A stretch of 64,000 nt of DNA from NCBI GenBank assembly GCA_022813865.1, contig JALDZX010000002.1, positions 620,001-684,000 of the forward strand. Reading direction: 5' to 3'. The notes beneath the pieces were generated by a model, which saw only the letters and a list, made by a program, of their open reading frames with translations, searched no databases and was not told the origin of the DNA. This DNA is from Xylographa opegraphella (lineage: Eukaryota). Below, piece after piece: positions 1 to 11,858 of the stretch (positions within the stretch are counted from its first letter, which is position 1; each line of letters opens with the position of its first letter). Both the position numbers and the translations under genes were made by a program.

Positions 1-1120
1 TTGCCGCCACGTACGAATAGACACACTGTTTAACGGAAATGCCATCGTAAATAAGCGAGGGAAAGACTGCGGAAATGAAAAATGCGGACATTAGAAGCTA
101 TGAACGGGTAGTGAAAAACTTCCCTAAAGCCAAGAAATGTAGCGCGTGACATGAACGAAATCTCAGGGGAAACTGGAATGGTGCACGGATGCGGTCAATG
201 TCCATAAGGTTAACAGATTCCTTAAATGCATCTTGAGTATGAGAAATCAAAAAATTACCCTTTATGATATGTTCAAGCAAGTGCAACTTCGCGACCTATG
301 TAATTGGGACGACGGTTACAAAACAGCAGCATCCAGATGATAGCGGTACTTTTTGAGGTGGAAAAGAGCCACTGCACTCGAAATCAAGTCCGTACACAAA
401 ATCACCTCTGTATCAAGGATTCCAGGAACTCGGTCTCCAAGCCTCAAGATAAAATTTGGTAATGTTATATCAACAGCTTATTCGGACCTTTGAAATTATC
501 GGCATCTAGTTCGTCGTACATCCCACCAAACGCTGAAAGAAGAAGCAGAAAAAAAAGAAATTGAAGCTGCCACGCCTCAAGCAAAGAACGATGTCCCGCC
601 CGTATCTGTGCCACTCTCCCACAGACCTTGGGAGGCGGCTCTTCAGAAGGCGTCATAGTTCTTTCAAGAAAAGAATCAATCTGCGGCAAGTGTTTGTCTA
701 CCTCCTCACTCACGGTTCACCGAGGTGGGAATGAGGAAGCCTTGATGAGCCGCTTGGGGGAGGGCTCAAGCAAGTGTGGGAACGATGGCCGGTGCTTAAA
801 GTGCGGAGTGGACGACAAATGGAGGTGAAAGGCGGATTTTCGAGTAGATTGTGAGTATGACTAGAGAATATAGTGCCCGATGAGCGACGTGAGAATACAC
901 ATAAGTGACGCGGTCTGAAACGGATGACTTTGGATTTATGGTAGAGTAGCTACGCGGCAAAGCCCTGGTAGCTGAGCACGAAGCCAACCAGCCTCCACTT
1001 GGTCATGCTTCTCCAACATCCTCAATATCTAGCCCGAGTCAGCAGAACCCCATAGCGGCATTTCAAACTTTCAATTCTCACCTACCCACCCAAGTCTCTG
1101 TCCCCTTGCACGCACCCACC

Positions 1121-1525
1121 TCACCGTTGGCTGCTCCCACTCCACACACTCTTCAGCAGGCCATCCCTCTGCGCCAGCCGATTCAAACTATCATCACTCT
1201 CGCCCATCGCGCGTACAAAGCCACACATCGCATACACCTGGTTCTCACCGGTATAGCGTCCGTTCTCGTCCACCTTGCCGACGGAGATCTGCACGCTGGC
1301 GTGGTCTTTGGCTTTGATGATGCGGTTGGTAGCGGAGCATTTGCGGGGGACGTAGCTATGGATATTGAATCAGTTTTGGATACAATTGCGAGCAGTGAGC
1401 ATGTGCGCGGATCATGGAATCAGGAAAGAAGCCGCAAGGTGTTGGCAGAAGAGGGTAACTAGGGAATAGGTAGAATAAGTTATTGGGACGTACAGGTCGA
1501 CAACCTCGCCTTTCTCGTTCTCCAT
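1121..1525 (-). CDS. RPS21: 40S ribosomal protein S21 (eS21), 2 exons, intron 1356-1493
   Basis: Not in the ORF track. Manual minus-strand translation gives [88 protein letters not shown]; intron GTACGT...CATAG. Confidence 0.97.
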
Positions 1526-1937
1526 GATGACGATTTGCTGGAAAAGAATTAAGGCTGTAATGTCTTTGCGGGAGGGCGTGGGAATCAGAAGTACTTCTTT
1601 GTGCGGCTGGATTGACGTTGAAGTAGCGGCATCAAAAGTTCGCGATTCTCGCTTAAGCCCTGTGGGTCACGTGCTGTGCCCAATTTGGGTTGAATATTTA
1701 AAGGTTCAAGGAAAGGATTGGAGGCAGCTTGTGGAATCCGATTAAGCTCAGCTGCTGCACATTGATCTTTACGTTGATATTTTTATATGCTCAACATTGT
1801 TAAATAATATTTTCCGGCAGCCGTGTTGGCCCCATATTTCTCCCAAGTTTTGAATGGAGTCGTATCGTCATTTCGTAAAGTGACATTAGTTAATAGTCTA
1901 GATAACAAATAAAAGGTTCCACCAATTCCACAAGCCA

Positions 1938-2957
1938 TCATCCTCCGAGTTCTGTATACCTAGCTTGCTTGAGTCCATCCCCTTCCATCTCGACTGGTTG
2001 CACCGGATACAGAGCCACTATAGACATGTGTCCGTTCTTTGGATTGGTACCGAATGGAACGATTTCGTCACCGATCTCCGTATCGGGTAATCTGATAGCT
2101 CGAGCCTCATTGTTCCTTTTCTTCCGAACGTAGCACCCAGCAGCGAGACCCACCATGAGAAATACCAGTGCAGCAATGGATATACCCACGCCGATACCGA
2201 CCTTTGCTGAGGGGTTGATACCAGATGAGTTGTCGCTATTGGTAGAGTTTGTGGGTACCTGCGTAGGGTATGACGGGAGTCCTATAGCTGAGGCTGGTGT
2301 CATTGAAGGAAGGAAAGTTGGCACGGATGTTGTGGCAATCGTTGTTGTAGAAGTCATTGTCGTTGATGACATTATCGAGGATGGTGCAGGTGTGAGAGTC
2401 GCAGCAATGTGAACGCCATCACCCTTGTCACAGCATGTAGTATTTGTTCCTCCACAGCACACCGTTCCATCAGCACATTGTGTAATTAAAACATCGGTGG
2501 TTGAATATACGAGTGGTGGGTTCATAGAGTTGTCTGTGCATACCAAAAGGTGAGGAATTAGTATGAAGATAAGCATCAAAGGCAAGAGGCAATTCGGATC
2601 TGGGTACATGTCCCTCATACCTTGGCCAACTATGCAAAGATGCAAGCACTCCGGGCTCGTCCATGTCGGATCTGTACAGCTCTCCCTCCAGAGTTGTGCC
2701 GTAGTCCCAGTACCTTGACTGTTTTCCGTGAGACCTCCTCTGCACAGACCATTAGACATACACTGGTCTGGATTAGTCCGGTTTGTTGCGCAACACATTG
2801 AAGTTGTGCCAAGATCACTGTTGCATGGCTGGTAGTCCGTGCTTCCCCGATAAGAACCATCTGGATCATAGCAGTATTGTGCCAGTATTCCATACAGAAG
2901 ATGGGCACACACGAAGAGCGTACGGAACGGTAAAGACGTATGAGACATTGCCAACAA
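1938..2957 (-). CDS. Single-pass cell-surface protein: signal peptide, Cys-rich ectodomain, Ser/Thr stalk, TM helix, short cytoplasmic tail; probable intron 2534-2620
   Basis: Hydrophobic N-terminus; CCATNR..DQCMSNGLC..WRESCTDPTWTSPECLHLC motif; TM segment VGIGVGISIAALVFLMVGLAAGCYV followed by RKKR; intron GTATGA...CTAAT...CACAG. Confidence 0.85.
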   Translation of the reverse strand: MLAMSHTSLPFRTLFVCAHLLYGILAQYCYDPDGSYRGSTDYQPCNSDLGTTSMCCATNRTNPDQCMSNGLCRGGLTENSQGTGTTAQLWRESCTDPTWTSPECLHLCIVGQGMRDMYPDPNCLLPLMLIFILIPHLLVCTDNSMNPPLVYSTTDVLITQCADGTVCCGGTNTTCCDKGDGVHIAATLTPAPSSIMSSTTMTSTTTIATTSVPTFLPSMTPASAIGLPSYPTQVPTNSTNSDNSSGINPSAKVGIGVGISIAALVFLMVGLAAGCYVRKKRNNEARAIRLPDTEIGDEIVPFGTNPKNGHMSIVALYPVQPVEMEGDGLKQARYTELGG

Positions 2958-3982
2958 GATAAGAAAAGAGTAGAAGAGAGAAAGCCGACCGAAAGTTTAG
3001 AGACGCTGCAGAATAGAAATGGGTATCATTTACGAGACGAAGATACCTCCAGCCGTACCCATACGGAGTTGAGAAATGTCCAAGGTCGCCATCACCTCTC
3101 ATTAGAGGGTAGGGCAGATTGATTATTTCATTATAGCGTAAAGTCCAGCGAACATATGGCCACTTCAAGCAATGATTGGGTGAAAAGCCCAGCTCTGAAC
3201 GATCAAGTGTAGCAAATAAAGTAACGAGAACGGCATTGACGACAGCAGTAGGCCTAAGGTAGTTGAGATAGCGAAGGATGCTGCAGTACGAAGTAGTTCC
3301 TGGAGGAGTTCATGAAGAACGTCCGTCCATTGGTCAAGCATACTATCTAGGCTTTCAACCAACCTTCGGAGCAGCAATATGCAGGACCCGATAGGTTGGT
3401 TTTGATATCTAGCTGAAGATAGGTGATGCAGATCGGAGGCAGTTCGCATGTCCGTTAAGGAGGCCTGGGGTTGCATCAGGCTGTGCACGGCACGCACAGT
3501 TTCACCTCAGCTCATCCCACGCTTATTCTCCTAGCTTCGGATTACATTCTTGGCACTCGTTCGCCGTCACGTGATACTTATTTCGCTTGTCGCGCCTCCT
3601 ATTTATACGAACAGACAAAGAAAATATTATGGGATATCAATATATGACAATCATGCAGAATCGACCATATTACCAGGCTTCTTGCTTCGTTATACAAAGC
3701 CATCCACCCTTATGAACTCTCCTGCCAGTAGTGATATGCCATCACGCACATCGCCGCCAATACCTAAGCTGTACGGGTCGCTGATATCATGAATCGTTCT
3801 GTCGTCGTCCGACCCGTATACATCATAATGAGCAGCCGGAGTTTCCCAGACTCGAAAGCCATATTCGCGCAGCAAAATCCACCTCAGCACCATCGATCAT
3901 ATCAAAGGCAAGTAGTGTACGCATCCCCAGTCCGCACACATCCCCACGCCAAAGCCAGAACCCCCACTTCCACCTCCACCCC

Positions 3983-4606
3983 TCACACCCCATCCCTCAC
4001 CAACCCAAAAAGCAGCACATCCCCCAACCTCCCATCCTTAAAAGCCGCCCACCTCGCCCTGCCCTCCACCCGAAACCCCATCTTCTCCAACACGCGCCCA
4101 CTCCCCCCGTTGAACGCAAACACCTCCGCCCGGATCTTCACCAGCCCCGGAAACGCGGCCCACGCCCACGCGCAGAAGCGGTCCGCGGCCTCGCTCATGA
4201 CGCCCTTGCCCCACCACTCCTCTGCGAGCCAGTAGCCCAGCTCCGCGCTGCGGCGCGCGACGTCTGTCCCCATGGCGAGGCCGATGCTGCCGATCGCGCG
4301 CGCCGCTCCGCCGTCGGCGGGGGTGTGCACGAGCGCGTAGTCGGCGCACAGCCGCTCGCCGCGGTGTTCCGCGCCCGTGGCGTCGTAGGTCAGCACGTGC
4401 GGCCAGTTGCTGGGGTCGCTGCAGTGGGCGATCCACCACTCGGCGGCGGCGAGCGTGTATGGGCTCGGGAGGCGGTCGCGCAGGTTCTGCCATATCTTGC
4501 GGTTGTTGGCCGAGCGCGCGAGGGAGGGGGCGTCGGTTGGGCGCCACGGGCGGATGGCGATGTTGTTGGCGAGCTGGATGAGTGGCGGGGGCTCCGCGCT
4601 CTCCAT
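3983..4606 (-). CDS. GNAT family N-acetyltransferase, RimJ/RimL-like, intronless
   Basis: IRPWRPTDAPSL, LRDRLPSPYT, ELGYWLAEEWWGKGVMSEA (acetyl-CoA loop), FAFNGGSGRVLEKMGF. Confidence 0.92.
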   Translation of the reverse strand: MESAEPPPLIQLANNIAIRPWRPTDAPSLARSANNRKIWQNLRDRLPSPYTLAAAEWWIAHCSDPSNWPHVLTYDATGAEHRGERLCADYALVHTPADGGAARAIGSIGLAMGTDVARRSAELGYWLAEEWWGKGVMSEAADRFCAWAWAAFPGLVKIRAEVFAFNGGSGRVLEKMGFRVEGRARWAAFKDGRLGDVLLFGLVRDGV

Positions 4607-4768
4607 CTCTCGGGGAGTTTATTCGAGTAAGGGAGCCGGAGGGGTAGGGCAAAACGTAGTCGACAAGCCTCAGCGCTCAGCTTCTAGAGTTGCTTGTGAA
4701 GAGAGAAGAGACGAGTAACGGTCTACAGGATTCCCGGTCTCGAGAAACATGTGTATTGAACGCTAAGT

Positions 4769-4804
4769 TGTGACTCATAAGGTGTATGTGACTCATAAGG
4801 TGTA
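4769..4804. promoter_or_regulatory. Exact 18-bp tandem duplication carrying two TGACTCA (Gcn4/CpcA/AP-1-type) sites upstream of the GNAT gene
   Basis: TGTGACTCATAAGGTGTA x2; TGACTCA at 4771-4777 and 4789-4795, about 165-190 bp upstream of the GNAT ATG at 4606. Confidence 0.6.
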
Positions 4805-5197
4805 CTCTTGCAAGGCAGGGGCGGACGACAGATTGATACCTACCTACTTGAAGCGACAACTCTTCTGCTTAAAGCACTGTTGATAGGTATTCTGACTAAA
4901 CTGACAAATAGTGCCAAAGCGTGATTCAGTGGCATTTAACAACATCCAACGAAATTATCCCTGATCCCAAGATGCCGCCACGATTCATTCACAACCCGCC
5001 AGACAGCCGTCCTGCTTTTCCAACCCTGCCAACCTCGTCCTTGATCCATGCCAGGACCCAGAGATTCCATTCTCAGCCTACCTCATCCCTCTCGCACCGC
5101 GGCCAATATCCAAAATGCCCCATTCCCAAGTCCCTCTAATATACCAGTCCCCCAATCCCGCAAAACGCCAATAAACATGCCATGGAGAACTTAACTT

Positions 5198-8100
5198 TCA
5201 CATAACAACACACTTCGTCCCCCTCTGCTTTTTCCTCCCCCCTTCCTCTAAACCCCTCTCCGCACCCCACTGCTCCATCCCACCAGTCTCCACTTCCACC
5301 TCTCGCTTCCTCTCCCTATCTCTGTCTCTCCCTCTCAGACCTAACCATCGACTCTCCCTCCGTCCGTCCCCGCCCCCAAAGCGACTCTCACTTCTAGATC
5401 TCAGCCGACTGACCGGCCTACCGCCCTCAGCTCTCACATCCTCCGCCCTTGACGCGACACTATGTATGGTATCCAAGCGTTGTGCCTGCGGTCGTAGCAG
5501 ATTCGGTGTTGAGGCGCCAAAGCCTCTTGCGTTACCGCGGCTGCTACTGCGACTGAGTGAGCGGGCGGGTGCCTCCGGAGGGTTACGGGCGTGGGAAGCG
5601 GAAGAGGGATGCCGACCGAGAGCGCCGAGAGCGCCGCGAGGTGGGGCTGGGGAGGGGAAGCCTTGCGTGAAAGAGATGTAGGGTACGGTAGGGTTCCGTG
5701 CGGCGGAACCCGGATTGTTGGTAGTGGAGTAGCGGTTTTGGAGGTTGTTGAGCTGGTAGGCGGAGGGTAGGCTAGGGGTTGGAGGATGGAGAGGAGTGGA
5801 TGGCGACGGGGGGATAGATGGCGTTGGAAGCGTAATGACTTCGTTAGGCTCAAGAGGGGAGGGCGGGTGGTCAGTTGGTTCATCGCCGCTAAGTTCGCGG
5901 GGTGGAGGTGGGGGGAGGGGGTAGTCGAGGCGTTGTTGGAGATTGGAGCCCGAAAGGGTGAGCGAAGGTAATGCAGGAGGATAGTCGGTAGGACTGACGG
6001 GTAGAGAAGCGGATTCGGTGGCTCGACGCTGATGGAAGCTCATTGGCTGGGTAATGGTAGAGATTGAGGGTGGCGAACGGTAGTCGAACCTGCCGCGATA
6101 ATTTGGGGATCTGTACTCATAGCTTGAGACTGGTCGGCGTCTAGAGCTAGATGGACTGAGAATGGCCGGCGAAGGCTGGTCGTACGGCGACGTACCACTC
6201 GACAGTGCTCCAGAGCTGATGGGGCCGACAACAGCTTCCGGTGTTCGGTATGAAACGACAGAAGGAGTATTGGCATAGTCCCATGCTGCTACGTTTGGCA
6301 GAGCTGGCATCTGGTCAATATCGGCGGAACTCCTTCGCCTAGAGGCAGATGTTACGAATGAACTTTCTCGAGCAGTCTGCGAGCGCTGAGGGAGCGGGCG
6401 TGGACCTTGCGAAGCTGAAGTAAGTGCCATCCGTAGATGTTCTGGAAATGGAGTATCGGCATCAGGAGTGTAGGGTGGAGGTGGAGGTATCCAGTTGTCA
6501 GCATCGCTCTCATGAGGAAGCTCTGTGCCGTCCGTACGGCGATATTCTACTCGACCAGAGTCTGGTATGCGAGTCGTATTCCGTCGCCGGTTGGCCGCAA
6601 CGGCGGTGGCAGATCGATAGAGAGTGTTGCGGGACCTTGGATGTGTGTGCGAGTAGGGACCATCCAGCGCATCAGCAGCCTCCTCCAGGCTCACACCTTC
6701 AGTGGGCGATCCCGGCGAAACATCGCCGTTGTCTCCAGGTTCCGCTTCCCTAGCAGTTGAGTCAAGACCAAAGCCGACCGCTGAGCTTTCGGGTAGCGGC
6801 GGTACAGCGGGAATCTCCTCACCGCCCGGAAACGATCTCAGCGCTTCGACTACACTCGTGCGTGGCATCACATCGCGCCTCTGTGCTACAGTACGCCGTC
6901 GAACGAGTGCAATTTCTGTTGCCATGTCCATGTTCTGTTCCTGGAGCATCTCAGGTTCTATATCCCCAACCTCAATGGTGATTTCTTCGCTCTTGCCGTC
7001 TTCTGCATTGCGGTCAAAATCGAGTATCACTAGACGACCACCATCGACAGAGGCTAACTCTTCTTGTTCCAATTCTGATGAACCCGATACACCGCCGGGC
7101 GCAGCTACAACCAATCGCTCGTTAATGTATCGAGGGCCCTTGCCATCATATTGATGAGCTACCCAGCACAAGCCAGAAACACCACGCACCTGAGCAACTC
7201 GTCTCCCCTTGGCAAAGACATTTCGGTACTTGTCGACGAGCACTTGCCAGCGAGGCAGTCTTTCGGTCTCTAAGTTGTTCTGATTCAGGCTCTGTGCGAA
7301 ATTGGTAGCAGGGGGGTTTGCAGTCGTAGGTGTGCTCGGTCCAGCGCTCGGGGTGCCCTGAGAGATGTCTTCCATGTTCGAGCTGCCAGTGATATCCAGA
7401 CTCTCTGGAATACCATACATCCATACTTCGTTTCCTAGGAACCCTGCTGCAACCAACTCTCCGCGTTCATTGATTGTAGGTAGAGTACACGGTACCAATC
7501 TGCTCTTTGACCTTTCGCGCTGCTTTTTCTCCGCCTTGGGTCCCGTGAAATATGTTGTTCCATTTCTCAAATCTTCCGTGCGAACAGCTCGAAAACTTTC
7601 GAATACGCGGTCATAAGTCAGTGTCCAACTGGCGTCGCCGTCGGGCTGATGTGGTAGCAGCGTTGCATGACTGCAGTCACGACTACTATTGGGAAATAGG
7701 ATTTGGGAGGTCCACATGTGACTGATGAGGTCAGTATGTGGTATATCTTGATCGGCATCAGTAAAGTATGGCGCAGATAAAATCACTGTATTCGGGCTCT
7801 TCGAAGTTTGTGTAGTACCAAGTAGCATTGTCCCATCACTCGAGAATGCCAGCGAGTCGACTCGGTCGCACTTGACCGCCCTTTGGTCGGTTGCGAGAGC
7901 GTTCTCAGCTAGGGAGTGCACCTCGACACCTCCATCATATGCGGCCGCAAGGACCTCCCCTTTCGGCGATAAGGTGATGGTATGGGGCGGATTATCAAGC
8001 ATCAGAGACCTTATGAACTTAGGCGGTTGTTCCGATACATCGTATATATTGACTTTATGATTGGTTGATAGAACCGCTAGTCTTTTCCCATTGTCTAACA

Positions 8101-8840
8101 TTGCTGCCGATAGCGGCCGCCGGAGCACTTTGAGCTCGCGCCGCACAGAGATAATGGGCGAAAAAACGTCGATGAGAAAGATACGTGAAGAGCTCAGTGC
8201 AAGACACCACCAGCCTTTGGGAGAGAATGCAAAATCAAAGGCTTCACCGCCAGGGAATGCCCCGGCTGAGCTCGTAGTTGTAGAGATAAGATTTATGGTT
8301 GTCTGCTTCGGGTGTAGATAAGCTTCGAATAAGTTTCTCTTGATCTCTTGAGCGAATTGCTTCTGTAGTCTCGGAAGACTATCATCGGTGAAGGGACCGC
8401 TGATGACATTGTTGCTCGCGGAGAAGGATGGACAGCGTGACAAGTGGTAAGCGTATAGGTGTGGATTTTGCGATGCAGACCGCCAGGCGCTACTGACAAG
8501 TACCAGTGATGCAAACGTCTCCGGATCGACGAGGTAGAGAATTCTGACGAGTGCTTCTGATTAGCACAAAGTAGCTTAAGGTTGAATATCTGATAGCCAA
8601 TGTGTTGTCCTCGGACAGCAATTGCACTCACTGCTCGACGACCTCTCCTGGGAGCCTTGCCGCGGGAGGCAGAGTTTCTCTTCCTTTCGCCGTCCCTATG
8701 TCTGTATGGATATCGCCAACTTTATGAGTCTCGATTCTGACAGGCGACATCGGCGCTATCGCCGGGTCGGTGAGTGGCACTTCTTGCATCTCACGGCTGA
8801 AACTTTTGGAGCTGGTCGGCGATCGAGGAAGGGGCTCCAT
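5198..8840 (-). CDS. F-box protein with WD40-like beta-propeller region, long disordered C-terminus and terminal CaaX box; intron 8544-8631
   Basis: Splicing GTGAGT...GCTAAT...CAG joins ORF 8628-8840 to the long ORF and builds an F-box (RLPGEVVEQILYLVDPETFASLVLVSSAWR). Propeller-type repeats FAFSPKG, ITLSPKG, LAFSSDG. Ends RKKQRGTKCVVM*. Confidence 0.88.
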
Positions 8841-9485
8841 TTAGCATCAGATACTCGTAGGGACCGTGACCCCGTTCATGACTTGAACAACGGAATCGAA
8901 CTCAAACATCTTTCCCTATTGATATCTCACATCTCTGCTAATGTGTATCGGAGCATTTCTTCCTTTGCGCCCAGAGGGCCAACGGGGGCTGAGCGAAGGA
9001 CGTCTGATACGCGGCTAGGTCCTAGTACCCCTGTCCGAGGTCATTTTGGAAAAAAGCTTATTTTTCCAAGTCCAACTCAAGCGAGTACATATAGATGAAT
9101 TTAACATGCGTTACTAGCTTGTTTCGTTGTATTTACTAATTAATTGTGTCATGCAGTATATGAAACTTTCAAAGGTACGATTGGCCTCGACGAGAGGTTC
9201 CTCCGAAATATCATTGTGTTGGATCTGTGAATACCATTAAGTAAGCCGACCACAAACAGTACGAGGCTGATAGTATGGTCAATGAATAAGTTCATGATAT
9301 ACATGAAAGATGTAGAATGGCTATTGATGGTAGAAAGCATGCTAGCCTAAGGACTACGATGAAAGATCACTCCGATGACCAACTCACAACCTTAGTGGGT
9401 CGGGTTCGAAGGGCGTGAAAGGGTATGCGATATAGACAACCAAAATTCCTATTCTTCCAAGCAAGTCGGCCAGAACCTCGAAAGA

Positions 9486-11858
9486 TTAGCAGCCTCCACC
9501 TCCACCGCCACACCCACCCCCTCCACCACCACATCCACCACCTCCTCCACCGCCGCCACACCCACCTCCACCTCCTCCTCCACAGGAGCCACCGGCAGCA
9601 CCAGCAGCACAACCCCCAGCAGCTCCTCCGGCGCATGACCCGGCAGCGACACCACCGCCACAAGAACCCTGGCAACAGTTCCCCACTCCACCAGTGGTGA
9701 AATTGGCACATCCTGGGTTGCCAACATACAATCCCCCAGCATACGGGTAATAACCCATATACGGTGCGTAGTAGGGCATTGCCATTGGGTAACCCCAATA
9801 TGTACACGACATATCCCGTGTGGGGGGCTCCCGGCCCTTCTTCCGAGCACGCTGGCACGCTTTTTGGTAGTTCCGCTCTAATTCCACCTCCCGGACAGAA
9901 ATACGACCTCGATCTTTCTCGTCTATGATCGGGCGTATAGCATTATGTGCTGAGATGTGCGGCATCTTATCTGCCTCGCAACCTTTAGCTGATGAGTCGT
10001 GGAGGGCATCTAGCTCCTCCACCACCGAATTCTTGCTGCTTTTGAAGATCCGAGAAACTGTTGATGTATGTCCCTCCCGAACAGCCTCACAGTACCAGCA
10101 GGTGCACTCGGAGTAGACCGAATCAAACATCTTCTGGTAAGTCTTGGACGTCCATTCGAAGGCGAGTGAGAGCTTGTTTTCTTCGATCTTGTCATCATGG
10201 TCGATGAACTTTCTTGTTATCGCTACGGAATAATGTAGATAGGATCTTGGACTCAGTTGATGCGTATGCCAAGCCAGATCGACATCAAGAGTAGGTACAG
10301 CAACCTTATTAGGGTAAGCTGCCAGGATTTGGAAGTATCGCTGGTATTTGGCAATGAGGCGTGTCATAGTGGATGTCACCGCTGGAGAATGGATCCAATC
10401 GATCGATTGCATCTTCTCGACAAAAACACATTGACGAACGACGGCACCAACCAGATCAATCCCAAAGCTCATAGAGCTGTTGTCCCAATAAGTAGCCATC
10501 ATTCGTCGGATTGCAATCCTCTCATCTTTCATGAGTCGCCTTCTTCTTTGGGTTTGTGTCGCCTTCTTCAAGACTTCGGGGTTAATCAAACCTTCTTCGA
10601 TGATACTCCGAACATCTTCCATGGATTTTGGCTTCTCCAATTTTTGTAACTTCATGTCAGTGATATCAAGGAGCTTCGAGCTCAAGCCTGCTTTGATGAG
10701 ACGATTTGGGAACGTCACAGACCATGCGCTTGTAAGAAGATCTCTTCTTGGGCGTTCAGGGAGACCTGTCATGATTAGAGATCTGGCCCTTCTAGTCGGT
10801 GAAGTAGCCTACCGTGGATGGTCAAAAAGGTTCCTGGCATTGGACAATTTTGGATAAGCAGCTTTTGCAGGTCGGCTCTGAACTTCTGTGTCCTTAATGT
10901 ATTGTGATCCAGAGGAAAAGAGCACTGTGTGCATCTTGCTTGAAACCCCTTGTCAGCGTAGCCGGTCCCAGCTTTTCCCGAGTTTTGAGCTGTCCAAGAG
11001 CCTCTATTATTGCAAGTGGTGAGTGGAGCCACGATCTCGGCGCGGCACTTTGGACACGATAAATGAACCACGGAAGCCTCATCCAGGTTGTTCCATTGTC
11101 GAAAGGTCTGAGCAGTGAACCTCTTTACTGCTTTCGTACCAGGATTATACTCAAACGTGTTGTTGTCAATCGCACTGTTGATCGCTGCCCAAGGTAGTCC
11201 AGCTTGCCAGAAGTGCATCTTGCCGGATCGCATACAGTCTGCAAAAAAACTCCGTGGGTTCAACATATATGCATGCCAGACCATTATAAGATCTTCGAAA
11301 GTAAGCGCTTGCTAGGATTTAACAGTTGTATTACATACCTAGGGGAGGTAAAGTATCTATGGTGAACGTCAAAGGCGTCCCCTGGTCCGTGATGTATTCG
11401 ATGTCCTCGCGGTCCATGTCTACTTGGTCTAGCGTCCGAGCGTCCGATTCTATGCAGACCTTCCAGTACGTTTCGAAGCGTTGAACTGCGTTGGTCACGA
11501 AGATCGCCCATCGTTTTTCGCGCATTGCTGCCAGTAGTTCGATCCGCTTTGTTTCTGTTGTAGAGGCGGATGATTCGAGGAACTCATCGCAAATACCGTA
11601 GAGCCCGTCCGTTGTGCCTACTTCTTCTCGTAGCTGGCTGAAGGCTTCGAGAAGTTTCAAGTGTGCAATACATTCATCGGCTGTAGGTATGCTAGCGGAC
11701 TGGCCTAGGCGGAGGTTAGAAAAGGCGGCGGTGATGTCCGGAGGAGTTGATCCGTAGGACGGAGGAAGGTCTTCTGGTGCATTCATCTTGAGACCATCGA
11801 TGGCAGTGACACTCCGGCCGTGTTGCTTACGGTCCTGGGGATAGCGGTCACTAGTCAT
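9486..11858 (-). CDS. Glycine-rich domain-containing protein (GRDP1-like/DUF1399); introns 11293-11338 and 10766-10812
   Basis: Spliced product has CIAHLKLLEAF, LPPLDLIMVWHAYMLNP, VPTLDVDLAWHTHQLSP, FIDHDDK, CTCWYC and a Gly/Cys-rich tail. The start could instead be the later ATG of MNAPEDL. Confidence 0.9.

Noticed and set aside
98..987. Short ORFs at the window start
   Set aside because: No coherent spliced model or recognisable motif.
3201..3212. GATCAAGTGTAG resembling U2 snRNA
   Set aside because: Only about 12 nt match; the branch-pairing continuation TATCTGTTC and the U2 5' stem are missing.
9486..9680. Gly/Cys-rich (GGC/GGT/GGA) repeat tail
   Set aside because: Normal feature of the GRDP1/DUF1399 family.
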